The translations under genes were made by a program, and so were the position numbers. A stretch of DNA of 62,994 nucleotides, filler included, from Vannella sp. (lineage: Eukaryota): the NCBI GenBank assembly GCA_023345925.1. It is 7 parts of 7 records of this genome, joined end to end, with 100 filler letters (N's around TTAATTAATTAA, not from the genome) between each part and the next. Parts side by side here need not be neighbours in the genome. Positions count along the whole stretch, not along the records: positions 1 to 6,493 come from JAJQQN010000961.1; positions 6,594 to 28,573 come from JAJQQN010001185.1; 5 more parts are not named here. The stretch is one strand, 5' to 3'. Positions within the stretch are counted from its first letter, which is position 1; the number at the start of each line of letters is the position of its first letter. Positions 1 through 11,500 of this stretch are shown here, piece after piece. The notes beneath the pieces were generated by a model. The model ran no database searches and was not told where the DNA came from. It saw only the letters and a list, made by a program, of their open reading frames with translations.

Positions 1-217
1 GGACATTTCCCCTCTCATTTCCCTGCTCCCAACGAATACAATTTTCTGTTTCGTCAGAAAGAAGCAAACAGACATCAGAATAATCCAGTTCTTTCAATCA
101 AACACAACTGATAGTCCAATTTGCGAAATTTCGCTGAGTTTTCAGGATTTCCCGGAATCGCTATTCTCAATTTTTTCAGAATTGGGGAAGAATTCGCTTA
201 AGAGCAGATCAAGGGAA

Positions 218-973
218 ATGGAATCATTAATTCACTGTTCAATGTGCACTACCACCCTTCCCAATACGATTGAGACCGTTGCTCTTCCGGTTGAAGGGGC
301 TTCGATGGCCCAAGTCTCTTGCTTATATCATTTACCAATCAATGAGGCCGCAGCTTCTCTGGGGATGTGTGCCACTGTTTTGAAAAAGATGTGCCGAAAG
401 AACGGTGTTGAACGTTGGCCTTACCGAAAGTTCAAGTCACTTGACTCCATGATTGAAGCTTACGAAGGACTCCTCCACCGCGATGTCACTCTCGCTTGCG
501 AGATTACCAACCTCCAACAAAAGAGAACCATGTTGATGGCCGATCCTAATCTCCCCTTCAAGTCCCTGGTTTCCAAGAATGAGACAAACGCATTCAACGC
601 CAGGGTGTTGAGACTTCAAGGGATTGCCGCTTCCCCCCGAAAGTCGGAACCCACTTATGTCCCCTCCATTTCCAAGACCATCACAAAGCGCCCCTCTTCA
701 AAGCCAAAGCCCAGCTTGTCATCCTTCCAAAGTCCTTTTGTGGAGGAGAATGTCGCTTCCGCCCTTGCCAACCTGAAACTAGCCCCTCAATCTCCTTCTT
801 TCCACTACGCAGAGCAACTCACTTCCCCAGCACAATCAAAAGAGGCTCACGATTTTCAGGAGTTCGTGGCCAGCTTGGCTGGCAAGCTTCCCTACGAACG
901 GATCGTCTTCCGTTCTCGCTTCCCCACACGCTTACCCCCTCCTCCTGACTCTGGCATAAGGTCAAGCCGCTAG
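218..973 (+). CDS. RWP-RK domain transcription factor
   Basis: Motif LYHLPINEAAASLGMCATVLKKMCRKNGVERWPYRK matches the RWP-RK consensus. First ATG at 218; Ser/Pro-rich C-terminus. Confidence 0.9.
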   Translation: MESLIHCSMCTTTLPNTIETVALPVEGASMAQVSCLYHLPINEAAASLGMCATVLKKMCRKNGVERWPYRKFKSLDSMIEAYEGLLHRDVTLACEITNLQQKRTMLMADPNLPFKSLVSKNETNAFNARVLRLQGIAASPRKSEPTYVPSISKTITKRPSSKPKPSLSSFQSPFVEENVASALANLKLAPQSPSFHYAEQLTSPAQSKEAHDFQEFVASLAGKLPYERIVFRSRFPTRLPPPPDSGIRSSR

Positions 974-1133
974 CAACCGATTGAATATATATAACAAAGT
1001 GTAAACTGTCTTCCAGGTATTCTCTTTTGCTCAAGTCACTTATCCCACCTTCTTGGGACCTCTGGTGGGCACAAGCAGAGTGGGTTTCTCGTTCTCCTTC
1101 TTCATAAACGGGTTAAAAGAGTCACTTTGTAGG

Positions 1134-2130
1134 ATGCCGCCAACTCTTCCTCGAGGGGTGTTGGCGGAGGCGGTAGAGTTGCTTCGTGGGGCGGGTGTCG
1201 AGGTTGGTGATCATTTGTATGGTCTAGATGGGCGCTGATCTATGATAGAATGCGGCTGGAGAGGCTCAGAGACTCTTTCGTGCTGCTCTTTGCAAGGATC
1301 GAGATGAAGAGAAGGTGATGGAGGGCTTTCAGGGCTTGTTAAGGAGACGGGTACAGAGCGAACCGATGGCATACATAGAGAATAGAAGAGAGTTCTTTCG
1401 TAGCTCCTTCTACGTGGATCAGCGAGTCCTTATCCCTCGGCCAGACACAGAACTCCTGGTAGAGCGCTCCCTAGACGTGCTGGAGCAGCATCTTAGAAGA
1501 AACGAAGAGCTTATTACTCTAGTTGAACTGGGTGTTGGTAGCGGAGCGGTCATCCTCTCCATCATGGAGGCATTGCGATCATCCCATCCTCCTTCATTCG
1601 AACGCGTCCGATTCACAGGAACAGACATCGAAGCACCTGCACTTGAAGTCGCTGCCATCAATGCTAAAGAAATGGGCTTGGAGAAGTCGTTAACGCTCCT
1701 TCAGAGTGACTGGCTAAGTGACATTCACTTGGAATGGGACATTCTCGTGTCCAATCCTCCCTACATTGCCACGGAGGTCATCGAAGGACTTGCCGATTCC
1801 GTTCGCTTGTAAGAGTAGCCCACGTAGCCCTCTCTGTTGATCTGATACCTGCCTGCCAGATGGGAGCCGAGAACTGCACTCGATGGCGGGGCTGACGGAT
1901 TGGCCCTTTACCGGTCCCTGGCTGCAGAGACGTCACGGATTCCTGCTTCTAAGCGGTTTGACATCCTTTTGGAGATTGGATTTGACCAAGCAAAGGCTGT
2001 TTCGGCCTTGTTTGACCCAAAGTGGGGCCCTTCTGCTCCTCTTTCGTTGTGGGAGGTTGGAATCTTCAAGGACCTGGGAGGGAGAGATCGTGTTGTTCAT
2101 GTGGCAGGCAATAAAGACTCTTCGCTGTAA
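1134..2130 (+). CDS. HEMK1: HemK/PrmC-family release factor glutamine methyltransferase (2 introns, approx. 1203-1248 and 1809-1859)
   Basis: EPMAYI, VLIPRPDTELLVE, ELGVGSGA, VSNPPYI; after splicing, WEPRTALDGGADGL and LEIGFDQ...KDLGGRDRV. Confidence 0.9.
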
Positions 2131-2190
2131 CGGGAGCGGAGTTGGGACATTTCCCTTCATTGTTTGGGGAGCCTGAGGGAAGGGGTGCGC

Positions 2191-3392
2191 ATGGAACAGG
2201 ACTTTGAGGATGAGTATGACCTTGGGAAAGAGATTGGCATGTAAGGGGACTCTTCTCTCGTTCGAGGGAGGGAGGGAAGAAGTACTCAATGGGAGAAGGG
2301 GGAGCTACTCCTTTGTACACTTAGCAACACACAAACAGACTCAAAGGCAGCTTGCAGTCAAGATCATTGATAAGACTTTGCTCTCAGCACGGGAGCGCAA
2401 CCGGCTAGCCACTGAGGTTGACAACCAGAAGAGCTGTCGGCACTCTGGAATCCTCCCTCTCATCGAGACGTTCGAGACCAAGCACCGGCTTTACATTGTC
2501 ATGGAAGCGTATGTTACACTTGACGTAGATTCACGTTGCTGACCAGGCCCTCTATAGCATGCTTGGAGGGGATCTGTTTGAACGTCTGGTCGCGCTGAAG
2601 CGCTACCCCGAGGAGGAGGCGAGAAAGCTCATCAAGAACATTGCTGAGGCTGTGGCGTACATGCATGAAAGTGGTATCATCCATCGCGACTTGAAACCAG
2701 AGAACGTTCTCCTTCCCAGTCACGACGATCACACAAACATCAAACTGGCGGACTTTGGGTTCTCCAAACGGCTCGAAGATGGGCACCTTCTCACTACTCC
2801 GTGTGGCTCACCCGGTTATGTGGCACCAGAAATCGCCAAAGAGCAATCTTACAACACAGGGGTGGACATGTGGAGCATTGGAGTGATCATGTACACGATG
2901 TAAGCCCTCTCCTTCATCACACTTTGTTCTATTCGTCGCTAAGTAGCATATGGGATGTCCAGTTTATCCGGATCACCGCCCTTCCACGCTGAGGACGAGG
3001 ATCAGTTGCTCGAAATGGTCTCCACCGGGCACTACGGGTTCCCCAAGCGACTGTGGAAGGACGTATCCAAGGGAGCTATCCATCTTGTTCGAAAGCTCCT
3101 CGAAGTGAACACAGAGGAGCGATACACAGCCAAGCAACTGCTCCAGCACCCTTGGATCAAAGCGAGGGTCAAGGTCTCTGAGCCTCCGGAGAACACAAGT
3201 CCTTGTGGTCCAAGCGACTTCAAGTGTATCCCAGAGCTTCGTAAAGCCATCAACAACTGCGTCAACGTGAAGCGCGATGGAAGAGTCCTTCGTGCCGCCA
3301 CAGAGTCCTCCATCTTCCAACGAAGGCAGCAGCGGACTCAGTCCACCATTCCTGACTTACGGAAAGACGACGCACTCTTCCTCATGGAATAA
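2191..3392 (+). CDS. CAMK-group Ser/Thr protein kinase (3 introns)
   Basis: Spliced IGMGSYS G-loop, AVKIIDK, HRDLKPEN, DFG, CGSPGYVAPE, DMWSIGVI, LLQHPWI. Confidence 0.92.
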
Positions 3393-3477
3393 CACCGAAC
3401 GTCCTTCACCATTCAAGCCGTGGGAGGACACTTCACCTCCAGGGGAAATGCACTTTCATTGCTTGTTGGCTCTTTGG

Positions 3478-4248
3478 ATGAGTTACCAGCCGCTCCCTCA
3501 CCAGGAGGAGAGCCTTCCCCCTTTTGATATGAACGACTTGCAGGCCTCTGCAAAGCAGTTCGGGGAGTACCTCAAGTTTGAGCCTTTGGCAGAGAACCAG
3601 AGGGAGCTCTTCCTCGGCGAGGTGGAGAAAGTCCTCATGCGCGTGGACGAGTTTGGGAGCTTGATGGATACGGTATGTAGAGAGCTATCTAGAGAGGTGC
3701 AGGGAGTAGAGAACTGATGAATGTGGACCTCCACAGATTCGCGTGGACCGGGAGAAGTTCCTTTCTAAGATTGCCCCGCCTCTGCTGGAGAAGAGCCGTG
3801 AACTGCATCGTGTCTTCACTCTCGTTGATAGATTGGAGGACTTTGTCCGGTATATGAGCGACAACGTCGCACAAATGGAGGAAAAGGTTCGTTTCTGTGT
3901 CCAGCCGGCTCCCCAGCCGCTCTCTGATTGACCCCGCGTAGGTCAATGAAACAGCACAAGCCTACAGTCTTGTTGAACGCCATCGCAAGGTCAACTCATT
4001 CGACCGCTTCGGTTTGGCCTCGCTCTCTTCCAAACTCATCCCTGTGGTGCGTACCGCTGATTACCTGCCTCTGGCAGCAGTCCTACTTCCTCCTTCCCTA
4101 ACCAGCTACTCAGAAAACAGCCTCCAGCATGCCAGAGTACACAGGGCTCCCTTCCATCAACAGCGACGAGTTCTTCGACAGCTTCCGCAAGACTGCGTAC
4201 AACGAGGGCCTCTACGAGCTCCCTCCCATCACTCCTGGCAAAGCATAA
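3478..4248 (+). CDS. BLOC1S4: BLOC-1 subunit 4 (cappuccino/CNL1)-like coiled-coil protein (introns)
   Basis: VEKVLMRVDEFGSLMDT(I)R...FTLVDRLEDFVRYMSDNVAQMEEKV resembles cappuccino. Spliced C-terminus ...EYTGLPSINSDEFF...GKA*. Confidence 0.65.
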
Positions 4249-4291
4249 ACCACTTTCGAACGTTCCCCTTCGCTCATTCGTTGCCAGCCGG

Positions 4292-5981
4292 ATGGAGCGC
4301 GCGGGGAGGGACAGGGTCTGCCAGATTTCCTCTGTTCTGGTCGTGTTGTGTGTGTTGCTGTTGGGTAGTTTGTGGGTGTTTGAGAGTACGGCAGTGAGGC
4401 ATCAGTCTACTGTATCTAGAACGCTGGATGTAAGGCGGTACGGTTTGCAGTACCTTCATGGACAGCGAATGCTGCGCGATATTCTCTATTGGCCTGCTTT
4501 GGTCAAGTCAGCACATACCCAGGCATGGAACGTCCCTCTAGAAAAGCATTCTACGGAGCTGCAGTACCTACGGGACTGTTGGAAGGATCCTTCGTGGTAC
4601 CGAATGGTTTGTTGGCCCGTACTTGGCTCCTTAAGGTCTAACCAAGGAACCAGTATGCAGACCCTCATTGTATGGTTCTCTGGCTACGCGCATTGGAGCA
4701 CTCTACAGTCACCCACTTAGATAACATCCTCGGGGTGGTCTCCAAAGCTGATCGTGACAACGGAGTCTCTGCCAAGCCCCAACAGAACGGTGGAATGAGA
4801 TGCCACTTCAACGGAGCTGCAGGAACGCTGGGCATCCGAGTGAGTACACCAACGCAGCAACCAATCAAGAAGCGACTAAAACGCAGATCGTTTAGGGGTA
4901 CTGGAAGCCATGCCGAAGCAACGACTTGCCTACAAACACAGAAGACTTTGCAGCTGAGATCATTGCCTTCCATATTGACCACATTCTGGGCTTCTATCGT
5001 ACTCCAGCAGTGGTCCCACGGGTGTTCTCCCGCCGTCAGATGCTCCTTCTTGGTCAGGAGGCTGAGAACAGTGAATCCCACCCGGATTCTGAAGCACTGG
5101 AGAAGATAGCTTCGGTAGAGCATCATTGCAGCCGGTCAGGAGGCCTTTATGTTGATGGGGCGATGGTGGGATGGTCCCCCAAAGAAATCCAACTTCTTGC
5201 AAAGTGAGTTAGTCACTCGGCCCTCCTTCCTTGTCCCTGATGGCCCGAATCCAGGTACATCAGCAAGAAACAGAAGGAAGAGCATTTTGTCAAGTTCAAT
5301 TCAATGACTTCAGATGCCATTGAGGAGCTGAAAGGCACTCGCTTCAACATCAATCCGGTACGCTCTTCATCAGAAGAGATCAATTGGGTGTTGGAAAACG
5401 TGTCCGTTAACATCTTTGCGATTTTGACGGACAATTTCGCTCGATTTGGACATAATCTGTTCATCCAGGTACAAGAGGATGCCTCTGGGAAGGAGAGTTT
5501 TGGTCCATTTATCTTCATTGATAATGACCGCTCTCGGTGGCGCTTCTCTTTGAGGGCTCACCCGAAGAGTAAGGTGCCTGCCAACCCTTCGGACCATCCT
5601 CTGGCCCACTTTTGCAAGTTCCCAAAGGACCTGGCGCATCGTTTGCTGTTGCTGAACTCTCTCCGGTTAGAAGGACTCTCTTTGGGGAAGCTGGTGATGC
5701 TCTCCACGGCAGTCTATGGAGATCTCCCCAGCGGGCCTATCTTCCAACAAAACCAAGCGGTAGTGTTGGATGCGTATGTCAGCTACGTGGCAACAATCAT
5801 TCAGCGCTGTTTAGATCGTAACCCTATTGAGGAGGTTCTATTTGACGAGCCAGGACGAGAAGGACAATATGACTTTCTGGAGAGCATTGTTGACTTGAAC
5901 ACGAATGCCCCCAAGAATGCCTCTTTCTCTTTCATTCCTGAGTTTCTTCAAAATGCTGACTTGCTTGGCTTCCTCTCGTGA
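4292..5981 (+). CDS. FAM20/four-jointed-like secretory-pathway kinase (type II membrane, introns)
   Basis: N-terminal TM (ISSVLVVLCVLLLGSLWVF), EIIAFHIDHILGFYRTPAVVPR, VDGAMVGW, FIFIDNDR, CKFPKDLAHRLLLL, LDAYVSYVATIIQRCLDRNPIEEVL. Confidence 0.75.
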
Positions 5982-6203
5982 GCGGAAGAAAACATAAAAC
6001 TGGCTGCCCAAGACAAGAACTGGAAGCTCACTTGTGATAATCTATTTTACTGGCAAGTGGCTTGCCATAGAGATGGATGTAGCATGATGGAGGGTAGGGC
6101 TGCTCGTGCCAAGTTGGTTCCACGAACATTCCCTCCAAAGTGGACGAGCATTTTCTGTGCCAGTCTTCAGAAGGGAAAGGAGGATGACCATCGAGACCTT
6201 CGA

Positions 6204-6273
6204 GATATTGAACGAGTCCTTAACCGACCAACGCATCAGATTTTGAACGAGTCCTCAACCGACCAACGCATCT
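6204..6273. repeat. Two-copy 35-bp tandem repeat (32/35 identical)
   Basis: gatattgaacgagtccttaaccgaccaacgcatca / gattttgaacgagtcctcaaccgaccaacgcatct. Confidence 0.9.
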
Positions 6274-6419
6274 GCTCCTTTCCCTTCCCTCGACCTTTCG
6301 CGGTCTTCATCTTCGTTACCCTTTTCCCTCGTTCTGGCCAAGGTGTTGGAACAGCTATTCACTTGACCCTCTGCACTAATGAGACGCGATAGTTCAAGCC
6401 GTATTTAGAATCGAGTGCT

Positions 6420-6493
6420 TTACAACTCGTCGTGATCGTGACCGGCGTGCTTGTCCTCCTCTTCCTCCTCTTCGAGGTCCTCCTCAAGGCTGT
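6420..6493 (-). CDS. 3' end of an ER-luminal protein (acidic tail + HDEL), PDI/calreticulin-like; truncated by contig end
   Basis: Reverse strand reads SLEEDLEEEEEEDKHAGHDHDEL*. Confidence 0.75.
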
Positions 6494-6593
6494 NNNNNNN
6501 NNNNNNNNNNNNNNNNNNNNNNNNNNNNNNNNNNNNNTTAATTAATTAANNNNNNNNNNNNNNNNNNNNNNNNNNNNNNNNNNNNNNNNNNNN
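6494..6593. other. Artificial contig linker (44N-TTAATTAATTAA-44N)
   Basis: Six-frame-stop spacer; the same 100-bp unit occurs six times in the window. Confidence 0.98.
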
Positions 6594-6699
6594 CCTTCTT
6601 GCTTTCGCATTTCCCCTTCATTTCACCTTCTTGGTTTCCCTTCAGAGCGGCCGCTCATTTGCTGTCTGTGAGGGCTGTCGAGTTGGTTCTGAGGAAGCA

Positions 6700-8343
6700 A
6701 TGGAGTGGCTGGTTACCTGCTTCGACGTGACGATGGTGCGGGAGGCGATGTGGCCTTTGGACGTGGCAGCGGAGTGGGCGAAGCCTTTTGGGCCTCTCCA
6801 AACAGCTCAGATGGAGTTTTTGGTGGTGATGGTTGCTTCTTATCCCGTTTCGTTCATCCATCGACAGCTGTGGGATCCTGTGTTGAGGAACCTGTTCAGT
6901 ATCGTCTTTGGGATGCTCACAGTAATCTATGTGGTCCAGAATGACTTCTGGCACACTCTTTTCTCGTCTTCCGTTGCGTATCTGATTCTCCGCTTCATTC
7001 GTAGCCCTACTGGCACTCGATTGGTCTACCTTTGGTCGTATGGTGAGTCAGAGTGTGCCTCCATCCCATTCTAACCCTTCTGAGAAGGCTATTTGGCGAG
7101 TAGGTGAGTGGGCTATTCAATTCTAACTGGCTAGACAATCTAACACGACTGTCAAGTCACCTGTACTGCCAATGGACAGGCTACAAAGCTCATACCATCC
7201 TTTTCACCCTCTCTCTGATGTCCTTCACACACAAGCAGTGTGCTTTAGCGTGCAATCTGCAAGACGCCTCCTATCCCACTCAGCGTCCTGTAAGTTGAGT
7301 CCAGTGCAGAGATGATGAGACTGATTGAGTTTTGAGGTTCCTGCATCTCATGCAAATAACGCATTGGCCAGTCCTCCTTCTTTCTTGGAGTACTTGGGGT
7401 ACTTATACTTTTGGAGCACAGTGTTCCTCGGTCCAATGACAGAGTTTAAGGATTACCGAGCCTTCATTGACCGCTCTCTGTTCGAAAAAACCAAAGGCCA
7501 TATCCCCAAAGATAGCTGGAAGGCTTTCTTTTGGATTCTGTTGAACTTCCTCTTGACAATAACGGTTCTTTCTCTTCTCCTGAGGAAGTTCCACTTGGGC
7601 TTTCTTTACCGTTCTGGTTGGGTGACTCAATCTCCTCTTTTCACTCGTTGGATGTACCTTTTGGTGGCCTTTCCCGTGTGTCGATGTACTTTCTACTGCG
7701 GCTGGTATTTATCACGTGGCGCTACAGTACTCTCTGGCTTCTCTTTTACAGGGTACGATGAGAATGGCAAATCTCAATGGCAACGGGGCGCAAGTGTGGA
7801 CCTTTTCACATACGAAACTGGAACTTCCTTTCGCTCGCTAGTGAATGGGTGGAACGTGGGAACCGCTTATTTTCTGCGCCGATGTAAGTTGCTTTCCTGC
7901 TTTTCTATTACTAAGCTTGAGAAGATGTGTATGAACGAGTCCTGAAACCATCTGGAGCATCGAACGGGCGGGGACTCTCTCTTATCCAAGGACAGATTGT
8001 GGTATTCATTGCCAGTGCCATATGGCACGGATTTAGTCCAGGATACTACTTTTTCTTTTGCTGGGTGTTCTGTATGAACTTCATCAGCCACTGGGTCACC
8101 CGCAGGATAACCCACAAAGTCCCAAACAACCTGAATTGGCTCTACTCCTTACTCTGCTGGTTTGCTTCTCATTTAATGATGGACTACGGGGCGCTCTATT
8201 TTACGCTGCCTTACCAGACAGCTCATTTGGCCATGGCACACTTGAATTGGCTGGGTCACTGGATTTGCGGCTTGCTCTTTTTAGTCGCGTTTCTTGATTC
8301 TCCCAGGCCATCTGGTCGCACTCATCATGCTAAACGAACCTAA
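6700..8343 (+). CDS. MBOAT-family lysophospholipid acyltransferase (about 4 introns, incl. a 16-nt micro-exon)
   Basis: PSFLEYLGYLYFWSTVFLGP, WNVGTAYFLRR(C/Y)VYERV, SAIWHGFSPGYYFFF (catalytic His); multiple TM segments. Confidence 0.92.
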
Positions 8344-8513
8344 GCGTCTTTCTCGCCTCCACTCCTCCTCAAGGGCACTCTGTGAAAGACAAAGTATGCG
8401 AGGGGGGACAGAAAGAGAAGTTCGCTGTGTCCGCTGTCACAGCTGTCTGGGAGATCCAATGGAGAAGAAAGTGATTGAAAGAGGAGTTTAGAAGAATGAA
8501 TCATTCAGTGGAG

Positions 8514-11500
8514 TCACATGAACAAAGCCAGGGCTGCTGCAATGAAGAAGCAAGGGAGGAGCTTTCCTGCATTGTTGGAATCCGCGTTGACACCGGGAAC
8601 GGGAACGGGATTGGGAACGGGAACGGGATTGGGAACGGGAACGGGATTAGGAACCGGAACTGGAACGGGATTAGGAACTGGAACGGGATTGGGAACGGGA
8701 ACGGGGTTGGGAACCGGAATTGGGTTGGGCACTGGCACTGGCACTGGATTAGGAGCGGGGACTGGGTTCGGGACTGGGTTCGGGACTGGGTTCGGGACTG
8801 GCACGTTCGGTCCGGGGACAGGGTTCGGGACAGGATTAGGGATTGGGTTTGCAACAGAGACGAACACAACAAGGACGGAAGCTTGGATGGGTGAGCCTGA
8901 TCCAGAAGCACTTGGGATCGGCAGAGGCGATGCAGGCACATTCACACTTGGGGTTGCCAAAGGAGCAGGGGATGCAGGCACACTCGCGCTTGGCAGAGGT
9001 AGAGGAGATCCTGATGGAGCCACAGCCACAGAGAGAGTGGGGGTGATGGTGACTGTCACACTGGGGGAGTTGGCAGGTTTGTTTTGAGGGACGACCGAGA
9101 TGACCGGAGCAGCAAAGGTGAGATTCCCAGCCTCCCCTTGGGAGAGAAGGGCGAAGGTCTCAGCCACATTCACAGACTTGACCAGCAGCACAACAGACCG
9201 GGGCTCTCCCGCACGGACAACCGCCGTTCGGAGCTGAATACGGACATTGGAGAGGTCCCCGATCACCTTGGGCACAATCACTTGGAGAGCCTCCATCAGG
9301 TCCGCATGGCTGAAAGAGCTGTAAGTCTTGTTCAATGTGATCAACACGGCAAAGTCGCTGGCAGCCACAGGAGAGCAATAGTTGGGATGACACAAACTGC
9401 TCGAGTTGCCAGTGGCAGCTTGGCAGGCTGCGGTTGTGGCTCCGGCTCCGATGGAGTCACAAATGCAACGTCTTGGAGCCGAAGAGCTTCTGACAGCGGG
9501 CGTCCAGTACGAAGAATACTCATCCAGTTGGCAGACCTTTGTGGATTGCTGGCCCTTGGGAGGCATGGTATCTTTCAGATTGACGGTGATGCTGTACGGA
9601 GGAGGATTTCCGTCGCAGATGGATTGGAGGGACTGAGTAAGTCGGAGGGCGAACTCATCTTCGATTTGTTTGTCGATTTGGTCGAGGAAGGCGTCGTAAA
9701 GGTCGATTGCCGCTCTCTGGAACGCATTGGTGATGTCGGGAGAGACGAAAGAAGCCAGTTCGAATGCCGTGTCGGTGACGTTGAGTTCGACCGTGACGTT
9801 GGCAGAGAAGAGAACGGGCTTCCCTTCGGTACATCGCAGACAGGAAGCCACAGCCTCCGCAACGAAGCGCTTGACCACGGTTCCCTTTAAAGTGGCTCCT
9901 TCGGGAACGCAAAGGCTTCCCGAACTGGGAACGCAGATGGCCTCCTGATTGAAGAAGTAGTCCACTTTCGGCACTCCTTCCACCACTGGGCTGATGCCTT
10001 GACTGACCCATGGCTGAGCACAAGTGGTACAGTCAGAGGCGAGGGGCCCATCACAGGTGGTGCAAGTTGGGTCGCAAACGAGGCATGTTCTGGTGGGAGC
10101 ATCAGCGAATGATCCAGCAGGGCAAGCCAGCCGACATTCTCCGGTGGAGTTAGTGGAGTTGGCAGTGTTGGGGAGTAAATAAGCCTGTGAGGGACAGCTC
10201 AGGCACTGGTCTTTGCCAGTTCCTATGCAAGACAGGCAGGAGAAGGCGCACTTCAAGCAGGTGTTGCCGTCCTTATACGTTCCGTCTGGACAAGCTGACA
10301 AGCATTGGAACTGGAAGGCAATCTCTCCAGACCCACAAGAACTGGAGCATACTCCGCTGCGGTTCAAGTAAGGAGTGGGGCCGTTGGGGTTGCACAAGTT
10401 GGTAATCGGTTTGTGAACGGCAAACCAAGCATCAAAGACCAAAGGGTTCGTGTTGTCGTTACGTGCATCGGGATCCTTCTCAGCCAACGCGTTCTTCGTC
10501 CACAAAGGACTTTGAGTGTCTCCAGCCACCACGAAAGTGCCATCGTCAGCAAAGGCGGCACAGCGGGCAATACCACCGTCCGTCAGTCGAGTGGCAAGAA
10601 TGCGGCGCGAGAGATCTTGAGAGAAAAGAACAAAGTACGCTCCTCCCAGATAGTTGCCTCCCAAGTACTCCTTAGATATGGGAACACCGTATGCGGTGGC
10701 AGTTACAACGAGTACTTGTCCGTAGCGATCAATAGCCAGGTTGCCATAAGTAGGTGCGATCGTGTTCCCTTTGGTGCTGGCAAGACGGGCAGTCAGCTGC
10801 TGTCCGAGAATGAAGTTTCCCGTTGCCGCCTCATATCTGATCACAACGGTCTTGATCTCCGTGCCAGTGTTAGCAAAGTTAGCGTAGGTATCTCCTCCAA
10901 CAATGGGCACCTTTCTGGTCAGATTGAAAGGATCATAACGAAGTGGGTGGTTTCCTCCTGCCACGGAGAACAGCATGTAAAGGTTTCCGTCTTTGCCAAA
11001 GGAGCAACGGCTGCCGCGAGTGTCAGCCATGTTGTTGTCATACTTGTTCAACCAACTAGGACTGCTGGAATTGGATGACCATTCATACCCGAGGTACTTG
11101 AATGTTCCATTAAAGGTCGTTCCTCTATAAGCGGGGACATCCACAGGGAGAACATCCCCATTGACCTCACCCAAAGTTCTGTAGTTGCGATGTCCAAGAA
11201 CAACAACAGTTTCTGTGACCTCGTCGATGCAAACATCTCGGTTGAAGTTGGTGGGACCTCCAAACGAGCCCACTTGGGTGCCGTTCGTGTCGAAGACCCA
11301 AATCGTCACTGAGACGGACTTGACACTGTCGTAGTCGGACAAAGGTGAAGTAAGGATGGCAGTGTACCCAGAAGGGGTGGTGTCGACACGATGCACATTC
11401 TTGGTAAAGTTCTTCTTCCACAAAAGAGTGTCTGCAGCAGAGTTGAGCTTCAAGAGGCCGTCCGGTCCGCAAGCCAAGTAGATGTTGTCTTCAGCATCCA

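Noticed and set aside
6204..6273. 35-bp repeat as a CRISPR array
   Set aside because: Copies are directly adjacent with no spacer, there are only two units, no cas genes, and the context is eukaryotic.
8475..9087. + strand ORFs with GTGTGL / GNGNGI repeats (antifreeze- or silk-like)
   Set aside because: Antisense shadows of the PNPV repeat in the minus-strand surface protein.
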